This document shows, piece after piece, positions 49,350-62,100 of a DNA stretch of 64,000 bases. This DNA is from Podarcis tiliguerta (Eukaryota), in assembly GCA_965153285.1 (NCBI GenBank), contig OZ229110.1; one strand, given 5' to 3'. The translations under genes were made by a program, and so were the position numbers. The notes beneath the pieces were generated by a model. It was not told the origin of the DNA. It did not search any database and saw only the letters and a program-made list of their open reading frames with translations. Numbering within the stretch: position 1 is the first letter of the stretch; each line of letters begins with the position of its first letter.

Positions 49350-50326
49350 CATGACTGTAATTCCCTGTGCTAGATGCACTATTTATTGGCAAACCTGGAT
49401 TTGGTGCTGTTATGTTATGCATGAATTAAACGTTTCCAGACAGGCTTTTTCGGGGGAGTTTTCCAACCAAGAGCCCTTTCACACAACAGCCTCTTGCCAC
49501 CCATTTAAACTCCCTGTGCTCAAACCAAAGCGTTTCAGCTTTTGGCACTTGGAACAATTGAGGTTTGGCTTCAAGCACAAGTCTAAAATAGCAGGGACAA
49601 ACCGCACGATCTGAAGTTAGCGAACATAAAGTTATGGAGAAGCTAAAGAAACAACTTCTCCTGCCCTTGACCTCTCTTGCTTCTGGGGCCTCTCATCCGC
49701 AGACCGCAGGCAATTTAGCATTCCACGCTGGGGAGAGAAATTCACACGACTCAAACAACAGCAGCAAAAGAATCAGAAGCTTCAAAGCCAACAGCCTCAT
49801 TGTGCATCTCAGAGGTCATGATCTTAACAGAGCGCTTTGAGGAAATAACCTCAGAGCCCAACCAGAGACAAATCTCAGCTCGGAACATTTAACATCCTGT
49901 TCTGCAACCTTGCGGAGGCTTCGAATTGTGCACTTCCTGTGTCCAGGCCTGTGTTTTACAAGGGCACTTGTGTCTGCTTGAGCTGTAAGCTGCCTCTCCG
50001 GGCTGTTTTAACCCTTCACCATCCTCATCCCTTCCTGCCCTCATCCCACCTGGACCCTTAAGGATGCAGGCAGGGCTGGGAGCAAAGCCATGGGGCTGTG
50101 GCTGCCTGCCTTGGGATTGGAAATGTAAATTCCCAGCCTTTTCAAAGGAAGCAGCAGCAGCCACTGCTCCATTTTTCTCTCCCCTCCGTTCTCCCCTCTT
50201 GGCGGCTCTCCTCCTGCCTGGGAAGCGAGCAGGCGCAGAAGCAAACATACACACAGAGCTTTGTCAACGTTAATTACCAGAAGCCGGGAGCCCAGCAGTC
50301 ATCCTGTTGACTAATTTGTCAGACGC

Positions 50327-50339
50327 TGCTGACTCAGCA
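50327..50339. promoter_or_regulatory. perfect T-MARE (Maf recognition element)
   Basis: TGCTGACTCAGCA within a moderately CpG-rich unique segment that also has ETS- and RUNX-like motifs. Confidence 0.5.
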
Positions 50340-50972
50340 TCAGGGAGGCCAGCTTGCAGGGAGGAGTGCAATCGGGGAGCGGACGCCTTTATTCCTCCGG
50401 CCTTCCCTTCATCCCAGAGCCTTGTGTGGTGGCTGTGGGTGACCACCTCCATTCAGAAGATCTGTGTCTAGGACAGCTTTTGATCTAAAGGCTCGCCAGC
50501 CAGGGATAGTTGAGGAAGGGAGCAGATTGGTCAGGCTGAGCTTATGCTGGCTGTTGTTGTTTTCCTTCTTCAACTAGGCTTCCTCCGCTGTCATTTGACG
50601 CAGCCCCTGCCAGGGTGAGAGTAGGACGAGAGATGGCTGGGAAACAAGCTCTGCTCCTGATCTGAAGGACAAAGTGCCTTCAGGTGGGCCCTCACCTAGC
50701 AGTACTTTGTGCCCCAACACTAGCAGCGCTGTGTAGCTGCCATTTAAAAATTCTTGCAGTGCCCTGAAGCAATGCCACATCAGAACTGTGGGAAATTAAA
50801 ATGGCAGCAAGACTTTAAAAGGCGGCTGGGGCAGGGGTCAACAGTTGACCGTTAGCAGTTTGGGTGCTGATGCCAGCCCTGCCGAGGACAAAGGCTGTGT
50901 AAACACTACTGATTTAAACCACACAGGTATTGTCAGGAGTTGTTTCATCTCAAAGTGCAGTTGTTCACTCAC

Positions 50973-51271
50973 CTGTAGGCCATGTTTGGGTCTCCCTTGA
51001 CCAAATGACAGGATAGCAAATTTATTCATTATTTCGTTTACAAATTGATTACTATGAAGCATCCCAAAGCGATTTCATGATGCAATAGAAGCATAACACT
51101 AAAACATTAGGCTATTAATAATGATAATAGGTATCAAGCGTTGGCATCCATGGTCTGAGCAGACAAATTTAAGGCCAATTCTCATAAAGCAGCAATTTGT
51201 GTGTGTACACCGAGGCTGTTTTGAGAGTACACTTTAAAATGCGATGTGTGAACATGACAAGCATTCATTTG
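50973..51271 (+). repeat. direct repeat copy 2
   Basis: Homologous to 48822-49170 but lacks an internal segment of roughly 55 bp. Confidence 0.92.
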
Positions 51272-51541
51272 ACATGTCTTAAGGTAACATGCATGACTGC
51301 AAGCTGTAAACCAGTTTACTTAACAAAACAAATATATATATTAAAACAAAAGTGTAGAACTTCAAGTGTGAAGTTACTGGGCAGTTTGGCATATGTTGAG
51401 GGTGAGGGAGATACGGTAATTATTTTTTAAGAAGTAGCGAATATTTAAAATTGGAGACATGACCCAGATTGTCCCTGCCTGTGGAGAAAAGAGCACCTAT
51501 CTTTGTGGCTCTGCAAACAAGAGAAAGGAAACAACCTGATA

Positions 51542-51901
51542 AAAGGTAAAGGTACCCCTGCCCGTACGGGCCAGTCTTGACAGACTCTAGGGTTGTGCGC
51601 CCATCTCACTCAAAGAGGCCGAGGGCCAGTGCTGTCCGAAGACACTTCCGGGTCACGTGGCCAGCGTGACATCGCTGCTCTGGCGAGACAGAGCCGCACA
51701 CGGAAACACCGTTTACCTTCCCGCTAGTAAGCGGTCCCTATTTATCTACTTGCACCCGGAGGTGCTTTCAAACTGCTAGGTTGGCAGGCGCTGGGACCGA
51801 GCAGCGGGAGCGCACCCCGCCACGGGGATTCGAACCGCCGACCTTTTGATCGGCAAGCCCTAGGTGCTGAGGCTTTAGCCCACAGCGCCACCCGCGTCCC
51901 T
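51542..51901 (-). mobile_element. full-length Sauria SINE
   Basis: Minus strand GGGACGCGGGTGGCGCTGTGGGCTAAAGCC...GGTTCGAATCCCCG...(ACCTTT)n tail; 13-bp TSD AAACAACCTGATA (51529-51541 and 51902-51914). Confidence 0.95.
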
Positions 51902-53669
51902 AAACAACCTGATAGTGGAAAGCAAATTTCCAGCACAGGTCATGGAGGGAGTGCTGTTGTGCTCAGGTTCTGCTTGGCCACAGAACAGAATGCTGGATGG
52001 GTCTGGTCCACCAGGACTCGTCTAATGTTCCCACCTTCCTTCTAATGTTCTTACCTCCCAAAACTTCTCAGAAGACATTTTCCTGACAAACGTTTGCTGC
52101 CTCCTAAAAAAAATGACCACCTTACAGAATACTCTCCAAATATATTCTCCACCATTTTTTTTTGTGGAAGCTGCAATTTCCACCCCCCACCCCACCCCAC
52201 CCCAAAGGCCTTGGAATGATGTGAGGTCTGGAGCATTATAAAAGAGACAAGATGGCAGCCAACACTGCTGCTCTTGCTATTTGCAACAGCAGCAAAGAAC
52301 AAAAACCAAGCAATCCTTTGGAGAAGATAAAGCTGCTGAACTGCTGCCACTGTTGAATTGCAGCCCTCACCCCAAGAAATGGACACCATCTGTCCTTTGG
52401 GAAGGCAGAAGAGAGCAAAAAGAGGCAGGCAAGCAGCCAAAGACAACATCAGCCTGCCCCCCACCAACAGGAACAACTTTACATTTTATATAATGTATTT
52501 TTAAAAAATATTTTAAATTGATAAACTGCCTCGGGTGCCCTTGCCAGAAAAGAAGTATAGAAATGTAATAAATAAATAAGGAACTGTTAGGAGAATTTCT
52601 TATCAATGCAAGAGAAGTCATCCTCCCAGTTCCTCTCTCCACAAATAGGGAGAATTTCAAGAGGTTCCTGCTTGCAATATTGCAGTGATCATGCTAACAC
52701 AAGCTCCCTCTAGGTTTGTGTGGCCACGGAGAGGGTGGAACCATGCTTTTGTCCAGACGAACGTAGAGCCAAAGGTGACAAACTAATTTGCTGGATAATT
52801 CCCAATCTCAGGCTTGCCCTTGGTTTCAGCCATGAGTCAGCCGCTCTGCTTGTCAAGGCTGGTGGGTTCCTCATTAAATCCTAATGGAATCTGAGCAAGC
52901 ATCAAAGCAGGAAAAGGGCCATGAATGTGTGACCAGGACTTGGGAAACAGCTCGCTTGCATACAAGGCTAGCGGCAGCAACCGCAGCTGCGAAACTCGTG
53001 CCAAGCCTGAATTCCATGTGCAGGGGGAAATTGAGAGACATCACCAACAACTGGGCTCTGTCTGGAGAAAGCAAAGCCCAACGCTTTCTTGAAACGTTCC
53101 GACCTTTTCCTCATTTAGAGTTGCCAAAGCTTCGCTACTACTTCAAACAAAAGTTTTGGGTCTCTTCTCTGGCCAGACAGTAGTTCAGCCAAGAAAAGCA
53201 ACTTCAGAGAAGTTGGAAAATATGCCTCCATCCAGATGAATATTATGCATGCAGCCTAAATATGTGAAACAGAGATGGTATGTGGTGAAGTGAACACCCA
53301 TCTGGGAGACCTGGGTTTCAGTCCCTCAAGTAGGCAATTGTTTTTTGGAGGGTTTCCAGCAAGTTGTAGCCCCTCTCGCTTTCTATGCTTCAGTATATAG
53401 CCTGTAAAAATGTTCGTACTGGTAGTAACCACCTAGGGAATCACACAGAACCTAAACCTATCCTTAAAATCAGTTCAGAAAAGGTATGCTATCAGTTCAG
53501 AAAAGGTATGAGATGCTATTCAGTGACCAGGACTGAGCAGAAACCTGAAACCTCTTGACTGCCTTAACCCCGAACTGGAATTGGAACCAAATTGGTGAGG
53601 GTTCCTCTCAGCTCTTTCAAGGCTTTTTTCCAGCTCTATGGATCTGTCTTGAGTCTATTAAAAAGATAC

Positions 53670-53930
53670 AATAGAATCAGAGAATTATAGAGTTGGAAGG
53701 GAACCCCTGAATGTCATCTAGTCCAACCCCCTGTACTGCAGGTATCTCAAGCAGATCATACATGACAGGTGGCCATCCAACCTTTGCTTAAAAACCTCCA
53801 ACGAAGGAGAGTCCGCCGTCTGTTCCAATGTTGAACCAGCTCTTATGGTCAGAAAGTTCTTCCTGATGTTTAGTCGTAATATCCTTTTGTGTAACTTGAG
53901 TCTGTTGGTTCGGATCTTAGCCTCCAGAAC
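53670..53930 (-). mobile_element. CR1 LINE 3' end
   Basis: [26 protein letters not shown]...[15 protein letters not shown] followed by a CR1 tail. Confidence 0.9.
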
Positions 53931-55793
53931 AGAGATTTGCTCAAAAGTCTCTTTAAAAATAAAATTAAAATCAGGGGGTGGGGCATAGGTAAAAACCTCT
54001 CGATTTGTCACAGAAGACCTTCACATGAGGCTAATTAAAAAGCTCACTTCCGTGTCATTTTGCTGACTTCCAGCACTTTGTAAAGGAAGCTCTGACTACT
54101 ATTTTGCCTCAGCGGCTCCCAGAAGCAAAAGGCTTCCTCACCACCACTTGACTGGTCAAGAGAACTATCCTGATTCCGCTTTGCAGCTGTGGTTGGACGA
54201 CTGCCTATGTGTATGCAATAACTTGCTTGCAGAATTGCTGTTGCAGAGATGCTATTCAAGCCGGCTGAATAATTCATGTGTGAATAAATATTCTTTGTTG
54301 AGTTGTGTGGTTCTGCTGACTCAGTGTAAGTCAGCACTGCCAGAGCCTCATCCAATTTGCTCATTTAAAGAAACGTCCAGGCCTCCTTCTTCCTGTTTTC
54401 AGTTGGGACAGCTGATCCAGGGATTATCGGCATCCTCTGCCCTTGGTCAAACAGTGTGGCCGTGACGTATAGGCTGTGCTTACATGTACAGTTTACCAAT
54501 GAATCTAGCACATAATAACTCGCTCATCTGAATAAAAATAAAAGCTGTTCTTGACAGAAGAGGCTTTGAATGGATTGTGGCTACTGTAAGAAATCAAGAA
54601 CTAGCAACTCAGTCTGAAAGAAGGCCAACCCTGGGGTCGTGAATTCTCCTTACTTTCCCTACCCCCCCCCTTCCTCTGTTTTCTGGTTTCAATCCAGAAG
54701 TCACGCTTTGGTTATGCTGGCCTTAAAATACGGCTTTTCACACTTCAGTCAACACTTTGCTGCACAGTCGCTTAAAGGAAGCTGTCAGTAGCCATGTGAA
54801 TGCAGCACTTGGAAGGAATGCCATCTTTTCCCAAGCACAACACCTCAGAAAAGCAAAACTCAGCGAGTTTTGTCAAGCAGGGCACCCTTCTGAGATGCCA
54901 AGTATTACTGATGTATGCCATCTTCTGTTGACTGAAAATGAAAAGTTTGGAATAATATATTTCAGCTGTAAGATACTTGTGGGAAGGACCTTGTCTCTTT
55001 TTTTGATGCTGCTCTGTAAAGCAAAAATACTGCATCATCAGCATCATTATTATTTATGAATAACAACAGCAACTTATCATATATCATTCTACACGTGCGG
55101 ATCCTGAGCCAAAATGGTAGTATCCGCAGAGACAAGAAAGGTATTTGCAGGCTTGGAGGAATCCAAGGGGATTTGTGGGGTAGGGCATGTTAAGGTCTGA
55201 ATCCCTGAAGAGAGCCCAGCAAAGACTGAGCATGCTGAGCAGCCACAAAATGCTGGATGAATGTTGGAAAAGGGGGGGGGGGGGATAAAAAACCAGAGGG
55301 GTTAGGGAACATAGTAGAATATCCTAGGAAAGAGCATGGGCGGTGGCTGGAACCTGAGCAGGGCTTTACTCTGCAAAATTTTGTTGCAGATCCTACATGC
55401 TACTTCTAATGTTAGAGGCATAAAAGGGGCACTTCCCTTTGCTTGCTTTTCTCCACTAAAGGGTACATACTTTATAAACCTTTTTAAAAAAAGATATAAA
55501 TGAATTATAATAAATTTCCACTGTCACCAGCCCTGGATTGATTGATTGATTGATTGATTGATTTTTGGTAGCCTTAACATAGCTTCTCACTAGAGAATAA
55601 GGCTGATGTACCAACCGGGGAGGGTGCCTCACCCCAGACCAGTGCCGGATTTACATATAAGCTAAACAAGCTATAGCTCCTATAGGGCCTGTCTCTTGGG
55701 GCCCCCCAAAAAATTAAAGAAAAAAAACCTGGATGTACATTTCCAAAATATAAGATAAAAAACAAAAAAATAAAACCTACATACAGCAACAGT

Positions 55794-55834
55794 TCTAGAT
55801 TCAGGTAGGTAGCACTGTTGGTCTGACGTAGTTG

Positions 55835-55877
<43 letters not shown>

Positions 55878-56062
55878 TTGAAATAAATATATATATATAT
55901 ATAAGGTCCAGTAGCACCTTAGAGACCAACTAAACGTGTTCTTGGTATACGCTTTCATGTGTGTGTATCTGAAGAAGTGTGCATGCGCACGAAAGCTTAT
56001 ACCAAGAACAAACTTCGTTGGTCTCTAAGGTGCTACTGGACAATTTATTTATTTATTTTCTA
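55794..56062. mobile_element. palindromic Penelope-like (PLE) short insertion
   Basis: 13-bp TSD ATACAGCAACAGT (55781-55793 and 56063-56075); perfect 25-bp inverted arms 55906-55930 / 56017-56041; internal (TA)n. Confidence 0.88.
55965..56002 (+). ncRNA. minimal type I hammerhead ribozyme motif (PLE-type)
   Basis: GTAT-CTGAAGA-A-GTGTG-CATG-CGCAC-GAAA-GCTT-ATAC: CUGANGA and GAAA cores, 5-bp helix II, 4-bp helix I, palindromic AGCU in place of helix III. Confidence 0.75.
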
Positions 56063-56489
56063 ATACAGCAACAGTGTTATGTGTTGTGTAGGCTCCTAAG
56101 ATGTAAGTAAAGGGTCCTGCCTGCTAGCCTGCTCCCTAAAATATCACCATATTCATATCACGTATCACATATATTCAACACAAAAAAGTGACTTGTTGTT
56201 GACAAAGGACAGCTGGACATATAAAGGGCCCCATTACCTTCAGAAGCTTAGGGCCTCATCGAACCTAAATCCGGCCCTGCCCCAGACTGTCACCATATTG
56301 CAGGAGGGATTCAAGCAGAATTTTAGGTTTGCAAGGTTAAAGCAGATTAAAGGTCTCTGTTGCCCTAGTGCAAATGACATATCCCCTTTTTTAGCATCAT
56401 TTCAGGGTGTTGAACTATATGGTCCTCGGTCAGGGTGCCCTTCCAACTCTACAATTCTGTGATTCTGATAAGCACTTTTTTATTTTTTG

Positions 56490-57490
56490 CAAAGCGAGGG
56501 GGGAATGCATTGCGAACGAACGACTGGCAGGAAGATGGATAAAGTAACACCCCGCCCCACCTCCAAGCAAAGGGTTGGCGAATGCAGCAAGCAGTCCCAA
56601 GGAATGCTCGGCGAAGGCCGCCTATAATCGCCACATCAGCTTTGGGCGAGCAGATCAGGATGGCTGCGCCATCAAGAGAGATGCATGTGTGCAGGAGGGA
56701 CCTGAGGCAACCCAATATCCGGACTCTTTCTTTCTCACCCTTTGGCAGCCATCCGGGCTCCCCTCAGGCTTGGGAGAGTTTTGTGCCGGGGACCAATTTC
56801 CCATTTACTGCATTCCCCCCCCCACCCCCCACCGGATTTCCAGTTGGGCAGGAGGGGGGATTTCTGCATGGCATCTCTCTCCCTCATCTGCCGCACTCGG
56901 CTCCATGTTTCATATGCCGGGAAAAAGGCGCGATGGCTCCTCCTTCCACGTCGCGCCCAGTTTTTCCTTGACAGGCGCTCCCGCCGCTACTCAAAGCCAG
57001 AATGGCGGCGGCTGCTTTTTTGGTTTGCTCAGCTGTTGTCTCATAATTCATTCCCCCCAAACACAATACGCTGCTTGTGAACTACTTTCATAAATACAGG
57101 TTTTTTTGGGGGGGGGCGTTCCTTTGGGATTGCTTGTTTCAAGCACACACAACACCGCCCCTTTAGGGTGGCTCGAGCCCCTGGAACTTGCCAAGTGCTT
57201 TCAGGCACCTCTAAATATCGTTTTCTCGCCACCCGAATCAATCCATCTGCTGAGCAGCCGCGGCCTCTGCCTGGCAAGGGAGCGTGGAGTTGCTCTTCTT
57301 TGGCCCGACACCTTTGTTTATTAGGAAGGAAACGTGGCCCTTGCCCAATTAATGCATCCTCGAGTCGCCCATAATATGCCTGCCCCCCCCCCCCCGGATA
57401 ACCGAGAGGGGATGTTTGCATTTAAGAAGGTGGCAACGAGAAAACTGAGGCTCGGTTTCCTACACTTTCGATTCCAAATCAATTCTCGCC
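56490..57490. promoter_or_regulatory. CpG-island-like unique segment
   Basis: About 49 CpG in 1 kb by hand count, far above the flanks; YY1-like AATGGCGGC, several CCAAT motifs and a GC box; no transposon ends seen. Confidence 0.55.
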
Positions 57491-57634
57491 CAATCCTGGA
57501 GAATTAACATTCTGTTAATGTTGCCATGTCACAATCTGTCTCAGGATGTCACCTTCTTTCGCCTTGTAAAGGAAACCTCACATTCTGGCTGCATTGTGGA
57601 TGAAATTATCAAAACCGAGTTGTTTTAATCCAGG

Positions 57635-57679
<45 letters not shown>

Positions 57680-57699
57680 TCACCACCATCATCATCATC
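57635..57699. repeat. compound (AAT)n-(CAC)n-(CAT)n microsatellite
   Basis: Read directly from the sequence. Confidence 0.95.
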
Positions 57700-60600
57700 C
57701 AGTGTGTTGTTTGGGGATTGTATGACAGGAAAACAATGAGGGTTTATGTTCCCTTAATTATAGAAAATTCAGTGTGTTGGAAAGATGGGCCAGACTTAAT
57801 TTATTCTGGTCTGGGGAAATTTTCAGCTGTTAAAATGAGCAGCTTACACCCAAAATCAGTTTTCTGCAGCAAAATATTCCAGTTGCTGGAAAAAGAAGCA
57901 AAATTAAGGGATAGCAATGTGCACTCCAAGCAGTGTGCAAACAGAAAGGATGTGGTTAACGGAATACAGTACAGTATATGAATTCAGAACAAAGCTTTGT
58001 TATGTTATTGTTGTCTCAAGGCTACTTACAGTAAAATGGAAAAAAAACACCTTTTTTCAAAAGCACAGTAAAGAACAAAGCACTAAAACGGGGTCATACA
58101 CGACTTCTCAAGATAATAAGAAAATGCCTACCACCCTCTAACAATATAAGCATGATTGCCACTATAAGTTAACCAGCAGTAGTAACCTCCAAACAGCAGA
58201 GAAAATTAACAGTCAAATGCCTGGGGGGAAAGGAAAGCCTTTGCCTGTCACTGTTATTGTAGATATCAGGTGACTCTGTTTTGGGAGAGCATTCCTTAAA
58301 GAGGGACCACCATCTGAAAAGGCTGTCTCTTAGGCCTTCAGCAGGATCTTTCTAAATGCCTGATAATGGTCCCCTGTGTTGAAGTGTGGGATTTTGTACT
58401 TGGGGAAACTTACAGGAGGAATGTGGGTGAGACATGGGGAGCAAAGTATCCATTGTTGATTTTTTTAAGAGACTGGAAATCCATCAGACATGCCAAAAGA
58501 ACCAACAGTGATCATTAATCCTTTTATCGCAATAATATGTATAAATAGATGCTGGGTGACATACAGAGTGTGTACACATATGTGTATGTATGCATTTGGA
58601 GTGTTTGCGTTATGTATTCTTTTAAACTCTATTTAAAACAGTAGAAAATAGCAATGGAAAGCTCCTAGGAAGCCATGTCAATTTATTAAAAGCACGGAGG
58701 CTGGATTTGTATATTGATTGGTTATTACTGTTGACTGCATTTTTCTCCTGCCCTTTTCTTCAAGCTGTTTCGGACCATCTACATGCCTCTCCGGGCCTTC
58801 TACCCTCCAAACCTTGTGCCACAGGAGGAGCTTCCTGACTTGTGGGACATTTGAACCTGGCTCTTTCCAATCCTGCTCTTAACATTTTAAACCACTACAC
58901 CACGCTGGGTCTTAATTAATGATTCATACAACAGATGGGATCTCAGGACCCTCAAATTCTATTTTTATTCTTCCTTCTTATCAGAAACCAAGCACAGAAG
59001 TAGAGGCCGCTCTGCTGGCTCCCCAGACACAAAAATAGGGCTGTTGTTGACAACAGTCTGCGTGGTGTTTAAATAGCCAATGAAGCGTTCCTGGATCACT
59101 GGCGTTGCTTTGAAGCACCCAGGATTTTCTGCACTAAGGAGGAAACAAAGGGCATCCCCTTGGCAAGCATAAGGTAGCTAGATGGCACCGGATGGTACTT
59201 CCACTGCTGTGCTATGCCAGCTCAGGCCTTTCCTTGAGTGGCAGCAGCTGAAAAGCAGCATAGGATATAGTGCAGTCGTAAATCTGATTTAACACAGAAT
59301 TACCTGCGACCAAGTGCCCACATTAAATCCACCGTAAAGAAAGCTTGCATGCTCAGATCATTCTAGCGCCACACCAGTGCTCCAGTTACACTTACATTAA
59401 TGGAGTAGTGGGGAAAACGAGTGCCCAACCCTTAACAGACTGAGAAATCAATATGGAAGATTGACTCTACATTGGTAAGTTGTAGTAATGGTGCTAGGCA
59501 GCTTAGAAGGGCTGGAGGGAGAGAGAGAGAGAATTCTGTTTCTAATACAAGCTCATCCTTCCTTAGTGCTATCTCTGCAGAGTCAAGGCAAGGTTAAAGC
59601 CTAACACTAAGAGATTTAAGGGGTTTGCATTTTTATCCTACATTAAACTTTTGGCCTCACTCCTCCCAGCACCCGATTAGAGTTTTACCTTCTAAACTTG
59701 TCCACATGGCCCCTTGTGTGCCTTGGGGTGGGCAGGAGGGAGACACAGCTGTTTTTACAGGAAGGTTATTTTTGTTCTGCCTGGCCTTCCCCCTCTCTGT
59801 TGCTTTCCAAGCTTTGAGATCTTTTGGTCAGGGGCCATATGAAGGGTAGACTGCTCAAGCCAGAGCTGCCCACAGGAATTCGGGAGATCAAAGCCTTCAA
59901 CAACACAAGCTGAAAAGAGAGGGGGGAGAGAGAGAAAGAAGAATGTATGAAGAGCACATTGTGGGGGAAAGTCCAACTGTATGGCCATAAGTCATATTTT
60001 GTAGTTTTTTTTTTTAAGCATCTCCTATGGTAGAGGTGGTTTTCAAAATTCCTACCTTCAAGGAAGCTTTAATCTGTTGACTTCCTGGCAATACCTTCCT
60101 TCAGGTCAACTGTTAAAGGATTCTGGGACGTCATTCTAGGGCACAAAGAAACTGGCCAGACCTATTGGTCCTCACTACTGGACAGTGAGCAGAAGGTAGT
60201 TCATTATCTGTCAATAGATATTTGGATGATTTGAAATAGATTGGCAAGGGTCTGTGGCTCCTAATTGTCTAATATGAGCAACAACCAATAAGCTTTCCCC
60301 TCCTAAATCAGGTGGCTGAAAAAGGAATGATTGGGGAGAAATCAGGGCAGGACTTTTGTGTGAAAGGACTTGTGAGCCTGGGCTGAGCCAAGAAACAGCC
60401 TGATCCTTCATGTTTAGCATAAGTCAGTCTTGCTGAGCCACTGTTTTGCACCTGGCCCTGGTTGGTAGACCTCATGGTTTTTAGTGGGGGGAAACCCAAG
60501 TAGACCCCACAAATCTGAAGCCTATCCAGTCTGTTCTAGGGCCCAGAGGATGCTGCTGCTGCCTATTGGTCCTCACCTTTATGCCCCTGAGTGAGATGAG

Positions 60601-61859
60601 AGGACCACAACAAAAATTTCCCTGAACTTCACCCATCTGATACCTTCTCCCTGAAGAAACTCAACATCAACATTTCAGTCTACACCTTGAAGAGGCAATG
60701 TGCAGAGATGGCCTATTTATAACATATGTCATATCTGCGATTCAACAGCCCCAAACAATGTGTGACCTCACCAGAATTATAAAGCCCAGGGTTTTGAAAC
60801 AAACAAATGCTATCTAGGGCGCACTGATGGGTTCTGTCTGTTTCCTTCTCTTAATCTCAGAATATAAGAATGGTGCAGACAGAGGTGTATACAGTAAAGC
60901 AAAAGTCGTTCCAGCAACAGTCGGTCAGAGCCTTATAAGCAGGGCATGATGGAGAGAGCTCTTCTCTGTTGTTTGTCGCGGAGAAGTGAATGTCAAAGGT
61001 TTACTGCCTGTGAATATAGTTATTCTATTTTTAGCCATCATGGCTTATAGTAGCTGATAGACCTATCCTCCTCGACTGTATCTAATCCTGGCTAAGAGAC
61101 AGAGATGACAGTCATATCAAAAAATTACCTGGGGGTAAGCCCAAGAGATTTTTGTTTACTTTATTTTTATTAGTTTTCAAATTACTATAAAACCACAAAG
61201 GCAGGTGAACAGAAGAAAAATCATAATACATACCAGCTAAAGGCAGGGCATACTAAACTTGAACTTATTAAATAATAATATAAATACCCGAGTTTAAATC
61301 TTGTGCTGCAATGAACTTTCTTGGAAGATTTAAGCAAGTTGTTGTTGTTGTTTTGCACATTTCAGTCCACCCAACCTCAGTCTTTAATATGGGCGTAGTA
61401 ACATTCATTGTCTTTGTAGCCCTGGACTGAACTGCAAAGGAAGACTCTCCCTTTGGGACCATGGTTTGAATTATCCGAGACTGTATACCCCTCATACCTT
61501 TGAAGGCATATTCAGAGCCTTCAATTTTCTCCCTCCAAAGAATTCTGGGTGCTGTAGTTTGTGAAGGGTTGCTGGAAACTGTAACTCTGTGAGGGGCAAA
61601 CGACAGTGTCCAGAACGCTCTGAGGGAAAGAATGTGCTTTGTGGTGTGTACACAGCCTGTTAGAGAGGGCTTCCAGTTCTTCCTTGACATTTAAATCCCC
61701 TGACATCATATGACATCGATTGATAGGTGGGTGCACAAACGGTTGGCCACCTCAGGATCCACTTTCCCACTCCTGTTTTAGTGAGGAAGTGAGCCAAATT
61801 TATAAGAGCAGCATTTACATAGATATATTCTTTTTTAAAACATTTAATTTAAAGACATT

Positions 61860-62100
61860 ACGAAGAACCAAAGAAGAGCCTGATGGATTGGGCCAATGGC
61901 CCATCTAGTCCAGCATCCTGTTCTCACACTGGCCAACCAAATACCTGCAGGAAACAGGCAAGCGGGATCTGAGCACAAGATGAGTCTTCCTTTCCTGAGG
62001 TTTCCATCAACTGGTTCTCAGCCATTGATAGCTTTCTGTATGAACTTGCATAATCCTCCTTACAGCCATCACTGTCTCCTGTGTGAGTGAGTCCCATAGC
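61860..62100 (-). mobile_element. CR1-type 3' UTR fragment
   Basis: Plus strand AGAAGAGCCTGATGGATTGGGCCAATGGCCCATCTAGTCCAGCATCCTGTTCTCAC is the reverse complement of the 3' UTR family seen at 8340-8525. Confidence 0.8.

Larger units (their letters stand above)
55640..56279. mobile_element. non-autonomous hAT element hosting a Penelope-like insertion
   Basis: TIRs CAGTGCCGGATTTA / TAAATCCGGCCCTG; perfect 8-bp TSD CCCCAGAC. Confidence 0.93.

Noticed and set aside
53470-53512. 22-bp tandem duplication ATCAGTTCAGAAAAGGTATG
   Set aside because: Simple local slippage-type duplication with no further structure.
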